A DNA stretch of 25,598 bases from a virus (taxonomy: Duplodnaviria; Caudoviricetes), in the IMG/VR virus record IMGVR_UViG_3300017644_000128, positions 1 to 25,598 of that record; one strand, 5' to 3'. Positions within the stretch are counted from its first letter, which is position 1; each line of letters opens with the position of its first letter. A program made the translations under genes and the position numbers. The notes below the pieces were generated by a model. It was given only the letters and a program-made list of their open reading frames with translations. It made no database searches and was not told where the DNA came from. Shown here one piece after another: positions 17,775 through 25,403 of this stretch.

Positions 17775-19955
17775 CTACGGTGCCGCCGATGGAACGTCAG
17801 AGGGCCCTTCTTCGCGGGGCCGGAACTGTGGCGCCAGAGCCACGCCGCCCAAGGCAATCAAGGGTAATTCGGCACGGATCAGTCGCCTCAATACGTCCCG
17901 GGGGGCCATCCCTTTGTCGTTCGCCGTCAAGAGAAGTCGATCCTTGAAAAAACCCATGAGGTTCTTCAATGGATCGGAGCGGAGGCCGGTCAGTTCGCTG
18001 CCGCCAATCCATGCCGCTGCCTGCACCTGCGCGGGCGTCAGGCCCAACTCGCGAGCGATTTCCTGAAAGTAACGCTCCAAGGCGGCATATTCATTCCTCC
18101 CTGGTTGTGGCAACCAGAAATTGGGGTCTCTCAGTTCATCTGGTCCGATCAGCCCGGCTGTAAACTCCTTCCTGATGTTGCGCGGAACACCCGACTTCGT
18201 CGGTACGAACGTTGCGAGAAAGCGCGGGTCGCCCGACAGCATTGCCAGGAGTCGGTAGGCGTGCATGTCGATGGTCACCGGCAGATAGTTGCCTTTCGCG
18301 TTTGCGCCCATGCTTACTGATTTTGCATGAGTAAGTGGATTTAGACCCCCGCTCCATACCCGCTCGACGTTGCTGCGGTGCATCTTCTGGGCCAGATGAC
18401 CGTAGGGTTGAGGATTCTTCTCAGGCAGCCGCCTACCGTTCAACGTCAGGTAGTATGAAGCATTGCGCACGTTTTCCGGCACTCTGGAACGTGCAGACGT
18501 GGCGGCAATGAGGTCCATGAAATGCTCGAACCGACTGTTACCCGCGACCTCGCCCAGTTCGTCGATGAAGGCCAATCTGAGCGGCTCGGCGTTGTACCAG
18601 TCCAAGCCGCCCATGCGGATACCGCGATGGATCGTCTCGATGACCTTCTGGCGCACATCGGGATTGACGATCAGATCGGCAACGCGCGGTGACACCCCCC
18701 GAGGAGGATCATATCGCGGGATCGGCGTTTGCGGCACATTCGGCTGAACACCTTCGCGGAATAGTCCTGCCAGTTCGTCAGGGGGCGATTCCGACGCTGT
18801 CCCAGGTTTCGCCTGCGCAGGTACGGACATCAACCTGTCCAATTTTTCGGGTGGCGTCGTGATCACGGGCACGTTCTGCGGCGCATTGTCCGCCGCGTTC
18901 GCCGCAGCATCGGCTTCGTGTAACGCCCCATAGGAATCGATGGCGGCCCGATCCGGTACCGTGTGGGTGAAGGTATTGCCCTGTGGGTCGACGATTACCC
19001 CCGGCTTGTTCTCGACCGGCTGCACACCACGAGCAGGGTGATCGGGCGGGATTGGGCTGTGGGGGACCGATGGCTGCACAGCTTCGCGAAGTATTCTCGC
19101 CAGTTTGCTATCGGGCGGCACCGAGGGAAAGCTCTGCTGCGGCTGGGCCGGCAGAAAGCTCACCCCTTCCACCGTGCTTTCCGGAATCGCATTGGGGAAG
19201 GAGGCGCCCTGCTCCGCAATTGCCCCAGGCTTGCCTTCGACCGGGCCTCCCCCAACATATCGCGGCCCCTCGCCACCAGTCATCGATCCAGCCACTACCG
19301 GAACATTCGGAGGCTGTAATGTCCCGACCGTTCTGGTTGGCGCGGGCATCACGTGCCGACCTGTAGCCATGCGCACGAAGCCGCCAGGCAGAAACTCCGC
19401 ACCCAACCCCAATCCTAAGCGAACATGCGGCTCGTATTGTGGAATTGTCCGGCGTGCTATCTGGCCACCAGTTTCGGTAACAAGTGCCGGAATTAGCCAT
19501 TGTGCGGCCTTTCGGACTGGACCGCCGGGGACAAACAGGCCCCCCAGGAATTCAGTCCCCGTTGCCACATATTCTTCGGGCACGTTTTTTGGCTCATATG
19601 GTGGCCCAATGACCTTTGTCGTTGCTGCGGTCACTTCCTCGACTGTCGGCACGGTACGGAACTGGCGCGCTTTGTTGATCCCGTCGATGGCGCCCTGCGC
19701 GCCCGGCGCATTCAGCCAACGCGCTATCGCTTGGGCGAGTGCAAACTGTGCTTCGCGGGCGCTCCCGGGGAAGCCGGTCGTACCCTGGGCTAAGCGCCGC
19801 AACCCAGTACCCGCAGCCGGCATAAGTCCACCGGCTTTCTCCTCCGTTGACTGGCCGCTTTGCTGTTCGGCGAACGCTTTCCGAGCAGCTGCCTCGTCAG
19901 GAGCTGTGATCCGGTGGCGGGTTCCATCCCTAGCGACAAGGACGAAATCGGGCAT
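17775..19955 (-). CDS. Ejection-like cargo protein (726 aa) with C-terminal HhH-glycosylase-like domain
   Basis: GAGGA RBS; ejection-type start (DG..HRITAPDEAAARKA); Pro-rich repeats; C-terminal WY, IAATSAR, PVTIDMHAYR and Y...E......A.ELGLTPAQVQAAAW. Confidence 0.7.
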   Translation of the reverse strand: MPDFVLVARDGTRHRITAPDEAAARKAFAEQQSGQSTEEKAGGLMPAAGTGLRRLAQGTTGFPGSAREAQFALAQAIARWLNAPGAQGAIDGINKARQFRTVPTVEEVTAATTKVIGPPYEPKNVPEEYVATGTEFLGGLFVPGGPVRKAAQWLIPALVTETGGQIARRTIPQYEPHVRLGLGLGAEFLPGGFVRMATGRHVMPAPTRTVGTLQPPNVPVVAGSMTGGEGPRYVGGGPVEGKPGAIAEQGASFPNAIPESTVEGVSFLPAQPQQSFPSVPPDSKLARILREAVQPSVPHSPIPPDHPARGVQPVENKPGVIVDPQGNTFTHTVPDRAAIDSYGALHEADAAANAADNAPQNVPVITTPPEKLDRLMSVPAQAKPGTASESPPDELAGLFREGVQPNVPQTPIPRYDPPRGVSPRVADLIVNPDVRQKVIETIHRGIRMGGLDWYNAEPLRLAFIDELGEVAGNSRFEHFMDLIAATSARSRVPENVRNASYYLTLNGRRLPEKNPQPYGHLAQKMHRSNVERVWSGGLNPLTHAKSVSMGANAKGNYLPVTIDMHAYRLLAMLSGDPRFLATFVPTKSGVPRNIRKEFTAGLIGPDELRDPNFWLPQPGRNEYAALERYFQEIARELGLTPAQVQAAAWIGGSELTGLRSDPLKNLMGFFKDRLLLTANDKGMAPRDVLRRLIRAELPLIALGGVALAPQFRPREEGPSDVPSAAP

Positions 19956-20132
19956 TCAAGCATCCTCTCGATTTTCATGGCTCTGTCGTTCGCCCGCATT
20001 CGTGTCGTCCATGCCGAGGTGCGGCACTGGGGAGACAACGCGGACAATATTGCTGCGAAGGGCCTGTTGAGCCGCTTCCTTGTCGGCTGCGGCTGACGCG
20101 GATCACTGTCACCGCCGGTGGTCGGCCCAGGC

Positions 20133-20605
20133 GGAACGGATTGGATACAGGATCAACCTCCCCCGCTCACGCGGGCTCGGGTCCGAGTATGACGGGTTGC
20201 ATTGATGGGCTCCGCTGACCACCCGCGCTCCCGATTGGCATCGCCATGGAAGCTCGTCATACTCGGACCCGAGCGGCGCGAGGTGATCCGAGCATCCGTT
20301 CCGTTACGGTCCCAATCCGGCGCCGGCCCGGGACCAACGATCAATCGACCTCATGCATGGGCCGCAGGTTCTGCACCGTAGCGGGACCGCCCCCGAGGGA
20401 ACGGAATGGATACTCGGATCAACCTCGCCCGCTCACGCGGGCTCGGGTCCGAGCATGACGAGTTGCATTGATGGGCTCCGCTAACCACCGGCGTTCGCGG
20501 CTGGCACCACCATTGGTGCTGTCGTCATACTCGGACCCGAGCGAAGCGAGGCGATCCGAGTATCCATTCCGTTCCCTGGCGGCCGGGTACCCGACGGTGC
20601 AGAAC
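20133..20605. repeat. REP/BIME-like array: four alternately oriented palindromic units in two ~267-bp tandem modules
   Basis: Core CGTCATACTCGGACCCGAGC...GATCCGAGTATCCATTCCGTT at 20255-20305 and 20523-20577; inverted at 20133-20194 and 20396-20460. Confidence 0.88.
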
Positions 20606-20669
20606 TCTCAAGACCGGCAGGGCAGCATTACCGCGATATCGCGGTTTAGATTGCCACGCCCAACTGGCT

Positions 20670-20972
20670 TCATCGACCGTCGTCCTTCGCTGGCGGCCGC
20701 TCCTCTCTCGTGCACTGCAGCTCATGCGAAATGCAGGCTATCGCAGGCGTTGAACAAGTGACCTCTCCCCACTGCCGCGTGCAGACGGAACACCCGTCCG
20801 TGAGATCGATGCACGTCTTGTTCTCATCGAAGAACTTCTCGACGATTTGGCCTACGGTCTGGGGAGGGGTCTTCTCGCTTTCGTCGGCGACGGCTCGGCC
20901 AGACACCGCAGCCGAAGCCAGCATGATCGATAATCCTACCCCGCGGATGCATCGACCCGTTGGCGCCGCCAT
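20670..20972 (-). CDS. Small secreted six-cysteine protein (moron)
   Basis: Signal-like segment ending AVA-DE; C-x6-C-x2-C-x8-C-x6-C-x6-C (CIDLTDGCSVC...CSTPAIAC). Confidence 0.65.
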   Translation of the reverse strand: MAAPTGRCIRGVGLSIMLASAAVSGRAVADESEKTPPQTVGQIVEKFFDENKTCIDLTDGCSVCTRQWGEVTCSTPAIACISHELQCTREERPPAKDDGR

Positions 20973-21078
20973 CAGATAGTCCCGCCGCAACCAATTTGCT
21001 CTCGGCACTTTCCTGCTCCCAGCGGCCATGTTCAGCATGCAGCAGCAGCGATGTCTGACATCAAATCTCGAGTTGCAA

Positions 21079-23127
21079 TCAATGATCGGCAGTCGGCACA
21101 CTGGAATCCATCAGAACTGGCCCCCCCGCTTTTGCCCGCGCCGCCAGTTCCGCCTTGTAAGCTGCAATGCGCGCGTCCGATTCCGCCTTCATCACGGCAA
21201 TCCTCGCATCGGCCTCGGCCTTTAGCGCCGCGACGCGCTCGTCGCTCTGGATCTCCATGATCTTCATCCGTTCCTGCGACTGGATGAAGGCCTGGCCCTG
21301 GCTCTGATCCGCTTTGAGCCGTGCATTCTCCTGCTCGAGTTGCTGAAGACGCTGCTTGCCGGCCTCGATCTGCTGCTGCAGTTCCGGCGGCAATTGTCCG
21401 CTCGCTTGCGCCTCCATCTTGTCGGCGATCCTGTCGGCGCCCGGCCAGTCTAGATTCTTCGCAAGCTCCGGCCCGACGATGGGCGCGGCCGGCGGGAACG
21501 CCCGGATGAGCTCGGTCATTGCCACTGCCGCTTCCTCGCGCCGGGTCGTGTAGCTCGGGCCGGTCGTCACCGTGAGGTCGTATTTGCCGGCATTGAGATC
21601 GTGGATGGCGAGCACCGGGTTGCCCGCGGGGTCCTGCAGCGGCTGCCCGGTGCGCGGATCGACCTGCGGATATTGCTGGTTCACCGGCCGGTTCTCCACC
21701 TTGCCGTTCTCGCCGAGAATGCGCACGATGCGCGGCCCGTTGTAGATATGCGGGATCAGGTCGATCAAGATGCGTCCCGTATGGCGGATTGCGCGCGCCA
21801 GATTGTCGATGAAGTGGAAGGTCGAGACATCCCCTTCCCTCTGGCGCGCCAGGATCGCCCGCCCGCTCGCCTCGTTGGAGCGCGCGCCGAGCGAGGCGTC
21901 ATGCATGCCGATGATCGACTTGATGTCGTCATTGGCATTGAGCGCCTCCTGCAGGCTGCCGGCCGCGGCCCCCATGTCCAGCGGCTGGCGCTGCGGCATC
22001 TCCGGCCCCTCATATTCGAGATAGGCATGGCTGCGGGTATTGGCCGTCTGCCAGCGTTCCTGGTCGTGGTCGAAGGCGCCTTTCCTGCCGATGAACGGCA
22101 CCTTCGGCGCCAGCGCCACGAGCTCGGTCGCGTTGGTGCGCCAGTAGTTGAACATGCGCTGCGCGTCGATCGCATTATGGATCAGCGAGCGGAAGTACCG
22201 CCGGCCCTCTATGTCGAACTCGTCGCCATAGACGGGCACGATCGGGATGTAGCGCCCCAGCCAGTCATTGTCCTCGAGCACCTCCAGCCCCGACATGATG
22301 CGCTGGCGCACCTTGTGCGATTTCGCCAGGCGCTCGCCGTGAACCTGCAGCGCGCCCGCCGCGGCGAGCGCCTGCAGGTCTGGATCGCCCTCCAGCGCCT
22401 CGCGTGACAGCACCGTCCCGTCCTGCAGAAGCACGATCGGCCGCTCGATCTCCTCGCGGGTCCAATATTCGGCCACCAGAACATGGCTGTCGGTACGCCA
22501 GTCCGTGCCGATCAAGCCATTCCACGCGTCGTCGTCCCAATTGACCCGCGTGCTGTTGCCATATTGCCGCTTGAACTGCCCCTCCGACAGCCGGTCCACC
22601 ACGAAGGCGACATCCCAGTCCGATGAATCCGCCTCCGAGCTGTTCGGATCGCCATAGATAGAGAAGGGGTTGGCGACGCGCTTGACGGCGAGGTCCATGT
22701 CGAACGCGTCGTCGAACGAATATTGCGTCACGATGCGCCAATAGCCGAAGCCGCCGGTCACGGCGCTCTCGATCGCCGTGTCATAGGCGACGTCGGCATT
22801 GGACGTGTATTCGATGTTGCGGATGATGCCGTTGATCACCTCGGCCGTGCCGGGATCGGCCCGGCTGTCGGCCGGATGCACCTTGATCCCCGGCTTGTTC
22901 TGGCGGCTGTCGTTGACCACTTGGCGAATGAAGGCCGGCAGCTTGTTGATGGTCAGGCAGGGCCGTCCTTCGCGGATGCGCTGGGCGCGGATGTCGGCCG
23001 GCCATTGCTCGCCCTTGCGCGCAAAGAGCACGTCTTCCAGCGCGGTCCGGCGATTGTGTTGCTCCGCGCTCTTACAGTGCTCATAGGCCTCGCGCGCATG
23101 CCTGACGAGATCGTCTTTTTCAGCCAT
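21079..23127 (-). CDS. Portal protein, P22-like
   Basis: GEQWP, RPCLTINKL, GGFGYWR, YIPIVPVYG, DAQRMFNYW, GKYDLTVTTGPSYTTRREEA; C-terminal helical barrel region; follows terL. Confidence 0.93.
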   Translation of the reverse strand: MAEKDDLVRHAREAYEHCKSAEQHNRRTALEDVLFARKGEQWPADIRAQRIREGRPCLTINKLPAFIRQVVNDSRQNKPGIKVHPADSRADPGTAEVINGIIRNIEYTSNADVAYDTAIESAVTGGFGYWRIVTQYSFDDAFDMDLAVKRVANPFSIYGDPNSSEADSSDWDVAFVVDRLSEGQFKRQYGNSTRVNWDDDAWNGLIGTDWRTDSHVLVAEYWTREEIERPIVLLQDGTVLSREALEGDPDLQALAAAGALQVHGERLAKSHKVRQRIMSGLEVLEDNDWLGRYIPIVPVYGDEFDIEGRRYFRSLIHNAIDAQRMFNYWRTNATELVALAPKVPFIGRKGAFDHDQERWQTANTRSHAYLEYEGPEMPQRQPLDMGAAAGSLQEALNANDDIKSIIGMHDASLGARSNEASGRAILARQREGDVSTFHFIDNLARAIRHTGRILIDLIPHIYNGPRIVRILGENGKVENRPVNQQYPQVDPRTGQPLQDPAGNPVLAIHDLNAGKYDLTVTTGPSYTTRREEAAVAMTELIRAFPPAAPIVGPELAKNLDWPGADRIADKMEAQASGQLPPELQQQIEAGKQRLQQLEQENARLKADQSQGQAFIQSQERMKIMEIQSDERVAALKAEADARIAVMKAESDARIAAYKAELAARAKAGGPVLMDSSVPTADH

Positions 23128-23129
23128 GA

Positions 23130-24500
23130 TCAACCCATCCATGCTCCGGCGCCGTTGTGGAACGCCGGCCTCGGCCGCCTCTCGCGCGGCGCCTCATAGG
23201 CCACGCAGAGAAGCCCGAAGGCGTCGGCCGCGTGGCTCGACCAGTCATGCTCCGGCCCCAGCCCGATATTGCGCGCCTCGTCCTGCTTCTCGTGATACCA
23301 GCCCAGCGCATCGAGCCCGCCCGAGCATGTCGCCTCGTTGAAGAAGATCGCGGGGAAGAGGCGCCTCGCTGCCTCGACGCGTTTCAGCGCGGCGCCCTTG
23401 CCCTGGTTCGGAATGGTTTCCACCTTGAACCCGGCGCCGGCGATGTGATCCTCGAAGCGCACCGCCGTCACCGCGTCGCCGCGATTGCCGTCATGGGGCA
23501 GGATGCACTCGGCATTGCCATAGCCCTTCTCGCGCAGCCATTCGAGATGCGCCGCCAGCGGCTGGCCGGAGGCCTCGTAATAGTCCAGCACGCGGATCTC
23601 CCGACCGACGAACTGAGCGATCCAGACAGATGTCGCGTCGCGCACGCCGATATCCCAGAAGGCCTTCACCGGCAGCAGCGGGTCGCGCGGCACGAAGCCG
23701 ATGCGTCCCTCGATTCGCGCCTGCGCCAGCGCCTCGGCGTAATAGGCGCCGTGCTGAACGGTGGCATAGCCGCCTTCCCAGATATGGTCGTACTGGTCCG
23801 GAGAAGCGCGCAGGCAATCCCTGCGCTCCTGTTCCAGCACGCCGGGAAACCACGGATTGTCAGACCAGTTGGCCCGCACAACGACGGCGCCGGTCGGCGG
23901 CTCCGCGCCGCGCAGCAGCCTGTCGATCGGATCTGACTTTCGTCGCGGATTCCAGCTCGCCCAGATCTCCGATCCCTCGGCACGGATCGTCGGGCGCAGC
24001 AGGCCGAGCGAGCGCGCCGAAAGCGTCTGCGCCTCCTCGATCCAGGCACGTTTGAAACCCTCGAAGGACTTCACCGAATCCGCGGTATGATCCTGCATGC
24101 CGTGGAAGGCGATGAGCCCGTCGCCCGGCGTCTGGATCACCTCGCGGAACACTTTGAAGCCGTCCGCCTCGCCCAGGCCGAAATCGGCAAGCTTGGCTTC
24201 GATCAGGCGCTTGGCCGATTGCTGGAGGCTCTTCTGCACCTCGCGAATGCAGAGGGAAAGCAGTCCCTTCTCGGCCAGACTGTCCTCGATCAGGAGGCCG
24301 GCGAAAAAATGCGACTTTCCCGAACCGCGTCCGCCATGCGCGCCCTTGTAGCGGGCAGGCTGCAGGAGTGGCCGGAAGATCCTGGCCGTCTCGATACGAA
24401 GCGTCGGGCGCGCGATGGGAGCCGGCTGCCCTCTCTCATCCCTGCTATTCGCCGGTGTCGCGCGGGTCGACGATTTCGCGGACGATTCTTTCGAAGGCAT
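23130..24500 (-). CDS. terL: Terminase large subunit
   Basis: Walker A GGRGSGKS, Walker B AWIEEA, nuclease motifs FWDIG and SHAADAF; start uncertain (ATG at 24500, or ATC at 24416). Confidence 0.93.
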   Translation of the reverse strand: MPSKESSAKSSTRATPANSRDERGQPAPIARPTLRIETARIFRPLLQPARYKGAHGGRGSGKSHFFAGLLIEDSLAEKGLLSLCIREVQKSLQQSAKRLIEAKLADFGLGEADGFKVFREVIQTPGDGLIAFHGMQDHTADSVKSFEGFKRAWIEEAQTLSARSLGLLRPTIRAEGSEIWASWNPRRKSDPIDRLLRGAEPPTGAVVVRANWSDNPWFPGVLEQERRDCLRASPDQYDHIWEGGYATVQHGAYYAEALAQARIEGRIGFVPRDPLLPVKAFWDIGVRDATSVWIAQFVGREIRVLDYYEASGQPLAAHLEWLREKGYGNAECILPHDGNRGDAVTAVRFEDHIAGAGFKVETIPNQGKGAALKRVEAARRLFPAIFFNEATCSGGLDALGWYHEKQDEARNIGLGPEHDWSSHAADAFGLLCVAYEAPRERRPRPAFHNGAGAWMG

Positions 24501-24735
24501 GGGCAAAGCTCTTCTCGGGCCCGCTGCCCAGCGAGACGCTGGCAAGATCGGGCAGGGTTTTCTTGAGCAGCATCTCGATGACCTTCAGCTTGGCGGCATC
24601 GAGCTCGACCGGGTTGCCGGCCTCATCATTCTCGCCGAGCACGTAAAGCTGCAACCGCTTGACCAGCCTCACCGTGTCGATCGCCGCGCGCGCCTGTTCG
24701 CCGGGATCGGCCCCGGCGCTCTTTTTCCTTGCCAT
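24445..24735 (-). CDS. terS: Terminase small subunit-like protein
   Basis: MARKKS start; LVKRLQ..VLGE...LKVIEMLLKKTLPDL; C-terminal IVREIVDP; directly precedes terL. Confidence 0.75.
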   Translation of the reverse strand: MARKKSAGADPGEQARAAIDTVRLVKRLQLYVLGENDEAGNPVELDAAKLKVIEMLLKKTLPDLASVSLGSGPEKSFAHAFERIVREIVDPRDTGE

Positions 24736-24756
24736 CGGCCACCGGATGAATGGGGG

Positions 24757-24791
24757 AAAATACAAAACCCGCCGCGACAGTATCGGGCGGG
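24757..24791 (-). terminator. Intrinsic terminator in the operon leader (copy 1)
   Basis: Minus strand CCCGCCCGA-tactg-TCGcGGCGGG-TTTTGTATTTT, ending about 20 nt before the terS ATG. Confidence 0.7.
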
Positions 24792-24819
24792 AACAATTCT
24801 TCGAAAGTGAAACAATGTG

Positions 24820-24853
24820 TCAGAAATTCTCCCAACTCTAACGGTTTGTCAAG
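24820..24853 (-). promoter_or_regulatory. Putative late promoter (copy 1)
   Basis: CTTGACA (-35 at 24847-24852) then GAATTTCTGAC after a 17-nt spacer; both conserved in copy 2; the -10 is non-consensus. Confidence 0.55.
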
Positions 24854-24914
24854 TACAATCTTTGCAATAACAATCATATCGGCAGAAATACCTGCGCCAC
24901 CATCGAGCAGCGGT

Positions 24915-25072
24915 CTATGCCGCTGTGCTTGGCGGGTGGCGCTCGAACGGCTTGCCTGCCTCGTCATTCTCGCCCGTAGCGTAAAGCTGCAGCCGCTTGA
25001 CGAGCTTCATCGTGCGATCGCCTTGCGCGCCTGTCCGCCAGGGTCAGCCCCGGCACTCTTCCTCCTCGCCAT
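24915..25072 (-). pseudogene. Frameshifted, truncated terS paralogue
   Basis: MARRKSAGADPGGQARKAI, 1-nt deletion, then TMKLVKRLQLYATGENDEAGKPFE; aligns to terS; 3' half absent. Confidence 0.85.
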
Positions 25073-25093
25073 CGGCGACCGGATAGTGGACAG

Positions 25094-25191
25094 AAAACAC
25101 AAAACCCGCCGCGATGGAGATCGGGCGGGCACAATTCTTCGAAAGTGAAGCGATAGGTCAGAAATTCGCTGACTTGACCCCGGTTGTCAAG
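25094..25191 (-). promoter_or_regulatory. Second copy of the promoter-leader-terminator
   Basis: CTTGACA (25185-25191), GAATTTCTGAC, TTCACTTTCGAAGAATTGT and CCCGCCCGAT-ctcc-ATCGcGGCGGG-TTTTGTGTTTT. Confidence 0.65.
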
Positions 25192-25352
25192 CGGCGATCC
25201 AAGGTGGTCCGCACAGCTGCTGACCGCTCCTGCCATGGCTGAACGAATATGGCCCGAGAGCACGAGGGAGCTTGCTGCGGCAACCCGCAGATAGGGGCCG
25301 CGCGGGCAGCATCATTCATCGGCACAAGGCTCCGTTTTCAGCTGCATTCGTG

Positions 25353-25377
25353 GGAACGCTCCTTCTTTGGCCGCGTT
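25353..25377 (+). promoter_or_regulatory. EcfG/RpoE2 general stress response promoter
   Basis: GGAAC-N16-CGTT, matching the alphaproteobacterial EcfG consensus, 26 nt before a start codon with AAGGAG RBS. Confidence 0.72.
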
Positions 25378-25403
25378 TTTCCCACTCAGGGAAGGAGCAA
25401 GCC

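Noticed and set aside
20133-20605. CRISPR array
   Set aside because: Units alternate in orientation, are 50-65 bp, spacers are similar to each other, and no cas genes are present.
24790-24890. LexA (GTTC-N7-GTTC) or CtrA (TTAA-N7-TTAA) box in the leader
   Set aside because: No correctly spaced match found by eye.
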